63,712 bases of DNA, filler included, from Reticulomyxa filosa (GCA_000512085.1; 20 parts of 20 records of this genome joined end to end with filler, not necessarily neighbours in it), one strand, 5' to 3'. Numbered from the whole stretch's first letter, positions 12,801 to 27,000 are shown. The notes: generated by a model from the letters alone, not told the origin. Made by a program: numbers and translations.

Positions 12801-15800
12801 TATTTAATTCTATTTCTTGCAATAATGATTCTATACTTGTGAAGGATAACAATAATCAATCATCAAATCTGGATTGGCATATAAGATAAGACAATATGCT
12901 AAGAATATTGAAGATTTGAGAGNNNNNNNNNNNNNNNNNNNNNNNNNNNNNNNNNNNNNNNNNNNNTTAATTAATTAANNNNNNNNNNNNNNNNNNNNNN
13001 NNNNNNNNNNNNNNNNNNNNNNACACTGACAATATAACTATTGAAGTATTTAGCAATAAAAAAAAGTCAAAACAAGATATGTATTACCATCGATCGATCA
13101 AAGTTTATTTATTTTTTTTTTCTTAAAATAAAAATAAAAATAAAAAAATATATTCCATTAATCTTGAAAAAATTGCCTCAGTATTACGAAGTACATTACG
13201 AAGTACAATATGTAACACATTGACATTTACTGATGATTCAAAAATACATTCATTGCAAAAAAAAAAATAAATGCAACAACATATAACATAACAGTCGATA
13301 ATATAGATAATTTTTAATATCTCTTGCAAAGATAATAACAATAAAATCGTTAACACCAGTGGCAAATTACCTTGAACTTATTATGTTTTATTTATAATTT
13401 AGTTATTTTATATTTTATTAAATTTGAATTTTAATAAAGGAAGTTTTGTGTATCATTTTTTTGTTTACTTTAATGGAAAATTTTGTTGATTCAAATATAA
13501 TAAAGAAAACTTCTATATTAAAAAATATTCATTTTTTGTTTAATCTGTTATTTGAATCAATAATATAATAGCAAAATCGACATTATTTTGATATTTGCAA
13601 AAGATCGAATTAAATGTATTTATAATGTACATTCAAATATATCGATTTTGTTGGTAGAAATAAAATAATAATTATAAAAAAAAGGTAAAAAGTGATAAAA
13701 TGTGTGTTATATAATTTAAAAAAGTAAAGATGTTGAATCGCATAAATCATACAAATAACATCAGCTACGACGTTGCAAGTGATCAATCCGACATTGTCGA
13801 CATTATGCCTCTTTCAATCAACAGTCAAGACCAATATTATGATGCACAACAAAAGCCTGACAATGTTCTCCTTTTCGAAAAAATCAATGCCAATCTTGAC
13901 AACATAACACAAATTTTTTAAAATTAGATATTTGAATAAGTTTTTAATATTATTTTCAATTTTCATTTTTTTTAAAAACTTTATGTATCCTTAATTTTGC
14001 TTTTTTTAATTATAATTTCACAAGTCACAAAAAATTGTTTTAAGGATTCAAAAAATTAGTTTGATCTGGATCCTGAGTTTTATTTTCTTTTTTTTTGTTA
14101 GAGTTTTGTTTTTTTTTTTACATTAATATTAAGTTGCTACATTACTTAATCCGTTTTTATTTTTAGGCAAGTGCTACCCAACTATCATTTGGTTGATGAT
14201 TTTAAGATAGACTATCATTTAATCTAACTTCATATCACTTTCAACATTTGAACAAATTGTCATCGAAGCTTTATCAACTACCACCAAATAATTGTTGTTT
14301 TTTTATGAAAAAAGTCGCACTAGACTGACATTGTTGATTAAATGTTTGGCTAGTGCTGAACTGACATTTTTTATTGTATTTTTTTTAGTATTATTTTTGA
14401 AATTTTTGTGTATTTTTGTTGAAACGCATTATCTTAGCTCGTTCACAAAATTTAATTTTCAAATTGATAATATTTTTGACAATTATTATATCTTTTTTTG
14501 TACAAAGTTGTAATTATTTGGTATTTTAAAATAATTTGCGTAAACAAAAACAACTGACACAATATATAAGTTTTTACTGCATAAACCAACTTTCCTTTCT
14601 CAAAGAAAATAAAACGAAAATGCAATCATATTACATACATAACGCAAGAACTCTTTTTGGAGACTTATTACATTCTAGATAAAGATATGATGTCTTTTAA
14701 TTTTCTTTCCTTGATATTGAACAATTTTTGCAATACATAAATATGTAATAATTTTATACCTAAATCTCAGTCAAAAATTCAACGTATTTACTTTTTTACT
14801 TATACTTTAAAATTTATATCTCGATAGTAACCGAAAACAATTGATCACATCAATATTTCATTAGTTAGCAATACAAATTAATAAAATTTGCAAATTTAGT
14901 AATTTTTCATAATGCATCTTCTACTGATTATAATCTTTCAATATAACAGTTCATATTATATTTGAAGGAATTGATAACATTAAAAAAAAGATATATATAA
15001 TGTTTATAAATATCCAATAAAAGTGAACATTGTATAAATGCAAAGTCAAATTGCTAATCAAATAATCTTAATCTTTTGCAATATATATTATTTATGCGTT
15101 TATGTTATTAGTTAATCTAATGATAGCAAAGTACATTTTAGTATGAATTTNNNNNNNNNNNNNNNNNNNNNNNNNNNNNNNNNNNNNNNNNNNNTTAATT
15201 AATTAANNNNNNNNNNNNNNNNNNNNNNNNNNNNNNNNNNNNNNNNNNNNTGATTAATTTTGGTTTCTCTTAAAGTATTCAATGGTACTACGACATAAAA
15301 TCATCAAACATAAGATAAAGATATTTGAAATGGATAGTTTTGTATAAAGAGAAGAATTATAAGAAAACTTTCTGATGTAAGCATTTCATGGACAAAAGGT
15401 TGAAATATTTTATTTTTTTGACTTTAATTAAAAGTGTTTTTTGGAACATAAAAAAATATAATTTGAGCAAAGAGTTTTAACGTTTTGAACTCACCTTGTT
15501 GAAATGTGTTTTTTCTCGTCCAGTTTGGAGAAAGACGACCAATTTTTTTCATGAAAACAGACATTTAAATAACCAAAAAATTGTGGGCAAAGTTTTTGCT
15601 TGTTTTTCAATTTTATGGTCATTTGTTTCAAAAACAAAGCACTTATAATTGAATTTTTAGAAAACTGATCATTTTAATAAGGTGGGATTTTAGTTATTCA
15701 GTTTTTTCTGCAGTTTACTGCATATACATATATATTGATTTTGTGTATTTTATGTATTTTATGTATTGTGTGGAACATCATCCTCTTGAATGCATGAAAT

Positions 15801-16163
15801 GTAGTAAATAAATTGAACGTGGAATAAAAATAACAGATAAGAAGCAATGAAAGGACAAAAATCACAATGCTGCCAAACGTTTGTTTGGACTGGTATTGTA
15901 TGTCTATTGCTTGTGTTGATCGTTGTAGATATGCACGGTGTATTGCAATCAGTGCATTGGTAAAAAAAAAAATGGAAGTATCACTCATATCATGATCGGT
16001 ACCGCTATCCAAGATTTTGGACGATCAACGTTTCTTACCAATGCAGTGGAAGGAGTCCAATGATATACATTTTGGATATATCAAGATCTTACTCTTTCAA
16101 TTTCTTCGAAATTCGAACAGAGCATGTTGTTGGATCTGTCACTTTGTATAAATATGATTCTGT

Positions 16164-16472
16164 TCAAAAAAGTTTAGAGGATGAACAGAAAAGAGTTTGA
16201 CCATCTGATGAAAATTGTACTCCATTCACAACTGAAGTGTGTCCTTTCAATACATTGATTGATTGTTTTTGAGTTAACATCCCACAATCGAATTGTTTTG
16301 TCAGCAGAGCAGGAGGCAATGCTACGACCATCAGGTGAAAACACAGTCGATACGATAAAGTGTACATGGCCTTGAAATTTTATTACACATCCATCATGTG
16401 TCAAATCCCATATCTTGAGCTTTTCATCACTTGTGAGAAATACAATGGAGGAGCCATCTGGTGCAAAGCGTA
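16164..16472 (-). pseudogene. WD40-repeat gene fragment with frameshift
   Basis: GHVHFIVSTVFSPDGRSIASCSADKTIRLWD continues in another frame as LKGHTSVVNGVQFSSDGQ and then hits a stop. Confidence 0.85.
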
Positions 16473-16694
16473 NNNNNNNNNNNNNNNNNNNNNNNNNNNN
16501 NNNNNNNNNNNNNNNNTTAATTAATTAANNNNNNNNNNNNNNNNNNNNNNNNNNNNNNNNNNNNNNNNNNNNCAACGAGTTTTCACTTAGAACGTGTTAG
16601 ATCGTCACGATGATCTGATATAGTATATTTTTTTTTTTGTCAAGGAACTTGCAAAGTTCGTTATTGCAACTGGAAGGAAACTTTGATATTTTTC

Positions 16695-17720
16695 TTTTTT
16701 TTTTTTTGACAAATTTTAACAAATTTTTTGGAACCATTTTGAACAACTATTCTTTTGTTTTTTTGGATAACTATTGTAATTTTATGTTTTTCTTCATGAC
16801 CTAGTTTAATCCGGGTACTTTAACTTGCTTTGGTTGCATTTTCGGGGTAGAGCATTGCGAATAACAGTGATGAGTGAATGACAAAGCAAGGAATAGTCGG
16901 ACACCTTCACGCCCTCTCGTGCAAAAGCATTTAAAAAAAACACCTGGAAATGATAAAGTGGATCTTGTTGCAAATAATGCTCGTAAGAACTCAGCAACTG
17001 CAACCAGATTTGATCCAACATAGATCAACGGCACTCCTGAATAATCATGGATTGAATCACTTCTTTACAGAACAATCCAAGAGTTGCTTCTAGATATCAC
17101 TTTTGATATTTTTGCACTGACTTTTTGGTCTTTCTTTTATTTTGTGTTTTTTTTGAGTACTCTTTTAACTAGAAAGATCTGAGTTTATGCAGGAGGATGA
17201 AATAATATTGACTTTATCGTCTTTAAAATATAAAAAAAACAAATAAATCTCAAAGTTGTACGGGAGACCAATCAACGGTTGTGAAAACAAATTTGGTATT
17301 CCCTGTGGAATAATCAGGAGAAACTACAGGAGCAATGCTAATGCTTAACCAGTAGCAACTCTTGGACATTGAGACGTAATTTACTGTACCTCAAACATTC
17401 CATCAGGAAATGTTCGACAGTCTCTTTTTCTTCATACCAAATACAATCAGAAAAATCTGATCATTCAATCCTGCGTTCGCTAAATGTTAATGAATGCAAT
17501 ACAATCTTTTCAAATGATTGAGCATCCGTCAGGTTAGACAGAAAATATCGTGGCATTGTATGTCTTGGAATATCAATTCCTTCGCAAATCCAATCATTGT
17601 TCTGTAAAAAAGTAGGTCATGAAGAAAAACATAAAATTACAATAGTTATCCAAAAAAACAAAAGAATAGTTGTTCAAAATGGTTCCAAAAAATTTGTTAA
17701 AATTTGTCAAAAAAAAAAAA
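16695..17720. repeat. About 108-bp perfect inverted repeat (arms 16695-16803 and 17613-17720)
   Basis: Left arm T13-gacaaattttaacaaattttttggaacc...cttcatgaccta is the exact reverse complement of right arm taggtcatgaag...ttgtc-A12. Confidence 0.95.
16804..17612. mobile_element. Decayed non-LTR retrotransposon fragments: RNase H tail on +, zinc knuckle on -
   Basis: On + at 16943: PGNDKVDLVANNAR (RNase H GN..AD..A motif). On - at about 17445-17370: CIWYEEKETVEHFLMECLRYSKLR (eroded CX2CX7HX4C of LINE ORF2). Stops are present. Confidence 0.65.
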
Positions 17721-17898
17721 NNNNNNNNNNNNNNNNNNNNNNNNNNNNNNNNNNNNNNNNNNNNTTAATTAATTAANNNNNNNNNNNNNNNNNNNNNNNN
17801 NNNNNNNNNNNNNNNNNNNNATTAATTTTTTTTTTTTTTTTTTTTTATAAATAAATGGTGAACGCATCCCTTTCCTTTCCCCTTCTTTGTTTCTTCAG

Positions 17899-19821
17899 TC
17901 CGGTGCTGTAAAAATGTTTGAACAAAAGTCGCTGAAGGATTTAGCAAGACTATTCCGATTACTGAAACGTGTGGATAATGGACTGGCCAGATTGAGAGAG
18001 ACAATGCACATCTATATCAAACAGCGTGGAGAATTGATCGTCTCTGAAGAAGGAAATTTACACGTTTCGTTTTTGTTTCTGTTTTTGTTTGGTTTGAAAT
18101 ACAAATTAAACTGTGTGATGTGATTAATTGGGGGGAAAAAAAAAGAATCCTCAAACATTTGTTGAGAGTGTACTGCTATTGCGTGAAACGTTTCAAGAAA
18201 TTGTGGACAAAGCATTCGATGACGATAAGTATTTTCAACGATCATTGAACGAAGCTTTTGAGTATTTCATTAACTTGGATACTCGCGCCGCACAGTACTT
18301 ATCTTTATTCACAGACTCTCTGTTGCGTAGACACTCTGTCTCCTCCAAAATGCAAGACAGTCAAATCCAAAAAAAGCTGGACGATGTCATGCTCGTTTTG
18401 AAATACCTGAAAGATAAAGATATCTTTGAAGAATTTTACAAACAACATTTGGCACAAAGACTTCTTCATGGAAATGGAAATTCCGAATTTCATGAAAAAT
18501 TAATGATCGGAAAACTTAAGGTTTTTTTTTATTACGTCATTTATATAAATGTATATGTAATCGAATCCAAGCCAATGTGTAAAACAAATGAACTCATTAG
18601 ACTGAGTGTGGATACCAGTTTACTTCAAAGTTGGAAGGCATGTTCAAAGATATCGAACAATCACGCTCACTCACGGAACAATGGAATCTCTTTGCCAAAC
18701 AATTTCCGGTCTCCTCCGATCCCATTGTCGAATTGGATGCCAAAGTGCTTACTACTGGGTTTGGCTTTATTTTATTTTTTTTTTTTATGTATTATTATTT
18801 ATGTATTGTTCAAGGTAACACAAAATAATCAGATTTTGGCCGTTTCCTGGCAAAGAATCCATTCGCTTACCGGAAGAAGTACAACAACAATGTGATCGAT
18901 ATGTCCAATTTTACTGTGAACGCCATAATGGCAGAAAAATCTTTTTTGACACTTCAAAGGTTCATTTCGATCCCTCAAAAAAAAAAAAAAATAAATAAAT
19001 AAATTTGCAATGGCTTGGAAATAAGACACTCTTGCTTTTTTTTTTTTTTTATACATTTGGACAGGGAAGCGCAGAACTTTCCATTGATTTCAATGGCGGA
19101 CGAAAGGAAGTGGTTGTCCACACATACCAAGTTTCGCTTGATTTGTGTTGCTCCGGCGTGGTCTCTGCTCATTGTCTAAGCAAGACAAGTATTACACATA
19201 CGAAATGAAAATAAAACCATATAGATGTGTGTATTAATGCTATTTAATGAACACAAAGTATTATCGTGGCAACAAATAAAGACAATGACAGGAATTGACG
19301 AAGAAACTTTAGAACGGCATGTGCTAGCGTTGGCACATCCGAAGGTGAAACTATTACTGAAACGTCCTAACCGGAAAAATGTCACAAACACGGATAAATT
19401 TGCTTTGAATGAACAGTACAAAAATCAACGGGTGAGAATCGTTGTTGGTGTCTTGGAACCAAAAAGATTGTCATTGAACAGTCATAACAAAGATACCAAA
19501 TCAGACAAAGACAACAATGAGACAAGTCACAAAGCCACAGATTATAGTCATGAGCACAAAACTAATGACTGTAATTCTCAAGATGTCCCCAAAAAATTAT
19601 TGGAAATTCGTAAAAATCGTGTCGAGGCTGCGATCATCCGGATTATGAAAACAAGAAAAACATTGGAACACAACCAATTAGTTTCTGAAGTTGTTCGTCA
19701 AATTCAAACCCGGTTTCAGCCCAATTTACAATTTATCAAACAACGGATATTCTGTTTAATTGATCGAGACTTTTTGAAAAGAGATGAAAATGACAGAAAA
19801 ATCTATCACTATTTGCCATAG
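17899..19821 (+). CDS. CUL3: Cullin, cullin-3-like; 5'-truncated, multi-exon
   Basis: YLSLFTDSLLR, DKDIFEEFYKQHLAQRLL, ECGYQFTSKLEGMFKD, and the neddylation domain VEAAIIRIMKTRKTLEHNQLVSEV...LIDRDFLKRD...YHYLP. Confidence 0.9.
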
Positions 19822-20423
19822 ATCCTCTTCCTTGTTCAAGTATATATAATATATGAATTAAATTTTTATTGGAGAGTCATGTTTTTTGTTGGCGTGCTTT
19901 CCCTTTGGTTTCAGCAAGCAGAAAGCTTGCTAAAATATTATATTTATTTATTTCTTAACTTTTTTTTTATGTTTATTTCGACTGTTTATTCTTTTTTTTT
20001 TCTCCTTTCAAATATTTACAGTTATTTACTGTGATACTTTGAACATTGGTTGGCCTATTGTTATTTCGTTTTGGCTGTTCTGTGGAAATCTAAATTCTGT
20101 TTTGTTTGCGTGTTTTCTTTAATGGTTTATTTTCATGTTCATTGAAGGGTATCTTTCCAACAATTACAATCAATATTGATGCCGATTTCTGTTTTTTTTT
20201 CAAATTCTTGGACCCAAAAGAAGAAGAGAAAAAAAAAAGCATAACACCCTCAATCAAAACAAGAGAGGAGGGAGCAAGAGGGAAAAATTCAAAGGAAAAA
20301 AATTTGAACAAAAAAAGCAACAAATTCAGTTACTTCATTGTGATTACATGCACAAAAACTCACTTGTCAGCACGACACAAAGAAAAAAAAAAAGGAATGG
20401 CATTTGTTAATTTTTTCAATCGT

Positions 20424-21876
20424 TCATGAGACATGTTTTGTTTGCTCTTTCTCTTTTTGTTTATCTTTTTGATTGTAAGCTTGGAGTGCTTTGGCAATGG
20501 CATCACTTGGACTGTCGTAATCCAAAACTAAAGACTGATTTTCGGGTTGAAAGATATCTCGAAAAGTCTGCAACAAATCCAAGAAATACATTTCTCCCAA
20601 AATGTACAAGATATTGATAGTATTGGTATGAACAGGAATTTGATACAATTGAAATTGATGGCACAAGAAAGCCAACAAGACCCATTCTTTGCGGAAAATG
20701 TTTAAATCGTTTTGATTAAGCCCAATCACGACACTGCGCTTCCAAGCCTTCTCTTGGTTGGTGTCACTACTACCATTACCATTTGGAGAATTCAGTGAGG
20801 GAACAGGAGTTTTTTTGGGGTTCAAATCTTTATTCTCCTTCAGATCAGACGAAGAGGAAATATTAGTAATGGTCACATACAATTGCTCTTTTTTGGTGAT
20901 ATCACTTTGCAGTTTACTCACTTGCGTCATCAAATTTTTTAAGGCATTAGCCAATTCTTTCTCAATGTTTATTTTATTACTATATTGAACCGACATGTTC
21001 CAACGTGCTTTTCCAAAGTTACGAAGCTGTTTAAAGTTTGAATGTTTTGCTTTTTTTTTTTTTGATTGGTTGCTATTAAAAAAAACAAAAAACATTTTCA
21101 AAACTTGAATTTGAAAACCAATATTTGGCATTACTTTTTTGGAATGTGCCAATATTTTGTTCAATGTTTCGGTATATTGTTTTTGGGTCTTTTTCATTAA
21201 GTAAGCAACTACAATCGCCCCGGAACGGCTTCTTTTTTCGTCGCAATGAATTAATACTCCATTGCCACGAACTGTTGCTTCATCCATAAATTCGAATACT
21301 TGCTTGAAATAATCCGTCACAAAAACAAATGGAGAATCTTTAAAATCTAATAACATATGCTTTGGTTCTTTTCGTGTCTTCCACCACTCTTCGTACGACC
21401 CTTTTTTTTTTTATAAATCCCCTTTTTTCTTTTTTTTTTTGATATTCGTACCTCCCCCCCTTTTTTATTTGTTTGTAATTGTATCAATACCAATCGAGAC
21501 AACATGTGTAATTCTGCGTTGTTGCAACATCGAATTTTGACTCTTTTGAACGGCTTCATATTGTCCCAGCCATACATTTGGAAAAACTTCATCCATATAT
21601 TTCTGTTTTTTTTTATAGAAAAAACAGGGGAAATTCGGAGTTTGATTTGTCACTTGTTTTGTTTTTGTTTTCTTTTTAAACTTCATGACGATATGCAGGC
21701 TCTGGGGAAAGCATTCCCGGCTTTGATTGGTTTACTTCGTCAAAGGTTACTGAATTATGGATAAGAAAAAATGAGCTGCTTGTTTGAACGAGGGAAGAAC
21801 AAAATTTAAAAAATAATACTTTTAATGGCTTGGGTCGATGAAAATGTAAAACATAATGAGCAAAAAAATGAAACAT
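20424..21876 (-). CDS. Dual-specificity protein phosphatase with C-terminal extension; start uncertain
   Basis: MDEVFPNVWLG...ITHVVSIG, VLIHCDEKRSRSGAIVVAYLMK (CX5R), VMPNIGFQIQ. Confidence 0.85.
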
Positions 21877-22061
21877 CTTTAGTTAAACTCCAAGTAAAAA
21901 AATTGAATCTTATTTTTCTTTTTTTTTCCTTGTGTTTAATATTTGCAAGAAAGATTTGAAGAGATTGAGTCTGGCTGACGTAATAAGGTTCTGATTTCTT
22001 GCGGATTGAAGGTAGCAATAATAACAAACGAACCAGATTTGAAGTAGAAGAGCAAAGAAAA

Positions 22062-23199
22062 ATGATTTCTTCTATACCTCGATCTTGTAATGATTCGTCC
22101 CTAAACTTGGCAGAGAGATGTGCAACAAAGATTTCTTTAAAGCAAATCCAATTGAATGAAAACTTTTTTGAAACCCGATTTTGGGGGAAAATTACCGGAT
22201 ATAACAGCGATTACATCATTGTTGAAGCGTTCAAAAGTGAACATCAAATAGTCCACAAATACTTCTTCAGGTTTCAACTGAAAAAATACTTTTTTTAATT
22301 CTATTCTCTTGAGCAATATATTTGTGCGTTATCAACAATATTAGCACGGATTGTGGATTATCTTTCTCGGAGCTTCCCATGGCTGAGCCATGGATGTCAG
22401 AGAAATGCATGAAAATGGCGTGTTATTTCGTTGGTATGTTTGTTGGCTGCTGAAACTATATGTGCTTTCAAAATAACACACATATACGTAAAAAAGCATT
22501 TTGCAAATGGTAATAGGTTCTCCCTCTTATGTCTATACTGAAAATAAAAAGACCACTCTTCCAGATAACAAAGAGCCAACAGACGATAAAATCGTCGAGG
22601 ACAATGCAACAGAAGAGCCTCATCCAGAAAAAGAAGTATTGCCAGAAACCGATGCAGCTGCAACAACTGACAAGCCCCTAGAACAACATACTCTGACAGA
22701 GTTGGACAGATTAGCTTGGACCGTATATAAGATCAGTGAAGAGTGTTTCTTAGTGCCAAAGGGCTACTTACGATTGAATGCAAAAAAAATTATGTACAAA
22801 AATAAAACATTTGCAGGTGTGCATGACCTTTTTGATCTTGCACATTTTTTTGCTGCAACAAACAATTTTTTTTCTTTTTTTTTTTTGCAAGGGCTATCGC
22901 AAAGTGATGCGAATAAAATGAGTAGCTATTATCATTGGAGAATGCCGCAAAGTGCTCAGGCAATTTCGAATTACAGAAAGGCCACAGCTTTGAATTGGGA
23001 TGGCTTTTTAGATGAAATTAGTACAGATATCCCCAATGGCTGTTGGCGACTTCGAAGCACTGACGGTGGTTTCAAAGTCAAACTGCGCAATTTGTTGTGG
23101 CCGGGGTTTGAATTTACTTATGATTGTGCCGAACAACAATTTAAGCAAGGCTATTTTGGTTCTGGTATTCGACAAAATGACTTGCTATTCCTTCAATAA
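22062..23199 (+). CDS. RSPH9: Radial spoke head protein 9 homologue (multi-exon)
   Basis: RFWGKITGYNSDYIIVE, TELDRLAWTV..I..EC.LVPKG, NKTFAGLS, FLDEISTDIPNGCW, LRNLLWPG, YFGSGIRQNDLLF. Confidence 0.9.
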
Positions 23200-23541
23200 A
23201 AATTCAGTAATGCAATATTCCAAACAAATTTCTTTCAAAAAATTTTGTTTTTAACTCACATTTCATTGCGGCCTTTCAATTGCTTTTGTCAACTCAAAAC
23301 AAAACGTTTTAAACTTGGAGAAACTGGAATATCGCGTACGTGTCCCAACAATTTAAACAAAATATTTGTTAATTGATTTTTAATTGTGCGACATTTTTTC
23401 ATCTTTTTTTGTTCTAGTAACACGAAAGCAAAAAAAGAAATTAAGACTTACATTTTGAACAACTACTTTAACACGTTGCTTAGGATTTAAAAAGGGGTGA
23501 AAATTCGGGCAAACTTTTTTGAATTCAAAATTTTGACTGAA

Positions 23542-24040
23542 ATGTCGAGGAAACGAGTTAAAACCAGTAAGTTTTTTTTTCCACTTTTTGAGATATCTTT
23601 TTTTTTTTTAATCACATTATCAGTTTCATGGCGAAACAGGCACAGAACAGCTGTTTAGCCAGGCCAAAAAAAACGACACTAGGACATTCAAAGTCTATCG
23701 ACGAACAACTTTAGGGACTTGCTTGTACGACGCAATAACAGAATTAGTAAACGATGAAATGTTTCCAGAGAATTTGGCACTGGCAGCAATGGAACATTAT
23801 GACCGTGCTGTCGCGTCGCTTTTTCAAACGCAGGTAAGAACGGTAGTGACATCGTGGAGTGGACAATTGTATGTGTATCGTTACCACGAAGATGTTTGGG
23901 AGTTTTATTTGAAAAATGCAGTTTTCAAAACTGCTGGTAACCCAACTGCAGAACACCTTGCCACCAAAAACGTTCATATTGTGGCTTGTGATGGCACAGC
24001 TCCTGGCAAAAATAAAAAAAATAACAAAAAAAATAATTGA
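23542..24040 (+). CDS. Transcription factor IIA gamma (small) subunit; probable intron 23567-23639
   Basis: VYRRTTLGTCLYDAITELV...LALAAMEHYDRAV...YRYHEDVWEFYLKNAVFK...VHIVACDG aligns by eye with TFIIA-gamma (YR.TTLG..L...YRFCDNVW.F...KIVACDG). Confidence 0.9.
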
Positions 24041-27000
24041 CTCCTTTTCCTTATCTTTTCGACAAATTGAAGTTTTCTCTTTTTATGCCAAAATTTATCC
24101 ACAATCACAATGTGAGTTCTTCATAAGAAATTCTCTTCGACCGTTATCAAAACTAATTCTTTCTGTATAATGCTTAGAATGACAAAAAATATGCTGTCTT
24201 ATTTGTTATTTTTTCATTGCTAGAGTACTTTGTCCAGTAACAGAAAATATCGATGCACACTTTCTTGGTTTTATTATTGCAATCGCAAAAAAAAAAGATT
24301 TTAGATTGTTTGATTGTTGATCACTAACTCAATTAGAACAAAAAAAAATATACATTGAAAATGTTATAAAGCAAAAAAAGTTGTAAATATTATAAGTATA
24401 ACAGTAGTTGGAATTTGATCATTATAATCAAGTTTTTTTTCCAAGCGAATCAAACTATTTTATCAGTTCCTTTTCTTATCACAAGTTGTTTCGAAAATGA
24501 TAAAATAAAAATATGAAAACTACACAATAACTTGCTAAAAGAAATGTAAACACAAACAAAACAACGAAACAAACTGAACATGCAAACATAAACTCATTAC
24601 AATAGCAAAAAATGCTATTATTGACAAATTGAAATTTTTGACATATGATATGAATCAATGATAGAAGTAGTTCTGAAAGAATAGCGATTATTATACAAGA
24701 GCAGTAGATCATGATATTGAATGGTAGTATAAACAATTTAAATAAGTATTGCAATGCAAGAACAGCGCCATGTAATGAGAATTAAGTAATAGTGTCTATT
24801 TATGTAGCGTTTGTTATGTGATTATTACATAATTACAAAAATTTGTAATTAAACAGATTTTAGTCAAAATTCATTGTAGCTAAAGTTAATTTGAAGAAGA
24901 AAACGTAATATGAATTTTTGAACTAATACAAAGATTATTTAAACAAAAATTTTGATCAAACTGATAAAAGAAATATATTATAAAATAGAACAATATTAAT
25001 ATATATTACCATATGAAAATAAACAATTATCACTTGACAAGCTATAATAAAAACAGAATTAATTAAGAAAACGATATAGAAAACAAAGTCATAATGATAA
25101 GTGCTATATTTGCTTAAATCAAATTACACATAAATGAACTATTTAATACAAAAATTATATATATTGAATAATTAATTTAAAAGTTAATTTCACAAAAATT
25201 TAAAAATATTATAAAAAGTATTATATGTAATTTTTGGATGTATACTGGATATTATATCACATTATATATAACTTTTTCTCTATTTGCAGTTGGAAGAAAA
25301 AAGAACTAGTATTTGTATATATAATCTAAATTAAATAAATCAAAAGTAATATATGAACAATCACTTACAAACACAAATGATATGATAAAAAATTATCATA
25401 TAAAAGATATTTCAACGTTCAATGCCATATAGTATAGCATATTCAAATATGAAAAGAAAATGAGTTTAACTGTTTTTATTACTCCAAATGACATATACAA
25501 ATATAATACAGTATATTGTAAAAAAAACTGCCATACCTAAATGGCACTATATGAAGAGAATCGATTTTCTCCATGAAAAATAAAGATTTAACTAATTTTT
25601 TTTATTTTAAAAAAATATATACTAATCTTGTAGTTTTTAAATATTTAAATTTTTTTNNNNNNNNNNNNNNNNNNNNNNNNNNNNNNNNNNNNNNNNNNNN
25701 TTAATTAATTAANNNNNNNNNNNNNNNNNNNNNNNNNNNNNNNNNNNNNNNNNNNNAAAGTAATTCAATTACTGAAATGTAAATTACCAAAATAAACTTA
25801 CAAACAAAAAATTTTAAAAAATGAAATGAAAAAAAAACAAACTATATGTTAGTATTCACGAATTGTCCACTGATTTAAAGTGTTTTTTTCATCATTTAAT
25901 TTATTCTTCTACATATCATAATTTAATTTTTTAAACAATTTTTTGAAATTATTGTCATTATGTTTATACTTGAAAAAGATTTAAATTAATTTTTTTAAAA
26001 AAGAATTGTGATTTTTTTTATTTAATTAATATTTATATTTCATTTATGTATATCTTTTATTTGTTCAATCAATTTAATTTAATGCACAATATTAGTTTAT
26101 TGGTATGTTAAAACGTATATCGTTTGATAAGTATTTGTCACTAAATAATTTGATAATTTTAATTGTAACAATAATAAGTTGTCATAAGAACTTTTATACA
26201 GATCCTTGAAAATACTTTTCTGTCGAAAACTCAGGATTCATATAATATATTCACATATTGTTTTCTTTTAATACATTTAGAAAAATATTTATGTTGCTAG
26301 CTATAATTGTAAAATACTGAAATTATTTTTCTACATAATTTATATAACTATGTGAAAGTAAAATTAAGGATTCATAAAACTTAAGAAAAAAGGTCTTAAT
26401 ATCAAGCTGGCAATGCAAATATTAATTATTTACCTAAAGTGCATTAATTATAGCAAATGCTTTTTATAGTGATAATACTAGATATTCAATTTTACAAATT
26501 CAAATGATTGCAATACTAATATTATTTACAAAAATTTAAATATAATACAAGTTTTTCATTTTTGATTAAACTTTATGTATAATCAATTTTACTTTTTTCT
26601 AATTATGATAATTAGAATTTAAGTATTTCAAAAATTATATTATTAAATGTTCAAATTTTGTTTTCTGCGAATAATATAGAAAAAATTTAATTAAATATTT
26701 AAATAACGTTGATTTTAAGGATTCGACAAAAAATAAAATACTTGGATCCTGAATTTTATTTTCTCATTAGAAATTGTTATGACAACAAGTGATATAATTG
26801 TAATAAACTCGAGCATAGTTTATAATAAAATTTTGCATATTTGAAATTTCGTATAATACATATTCAAATGTTATATTATACAATATAATGCAAAAAAAAG
26901 TTAACTAAAATAGCACTTCATTAAAGAATCAATTTTTTTTCATGAAGAAACAATATATAACATAAAAAAACAACATGAAATGCAATTATAATAATTCAAA

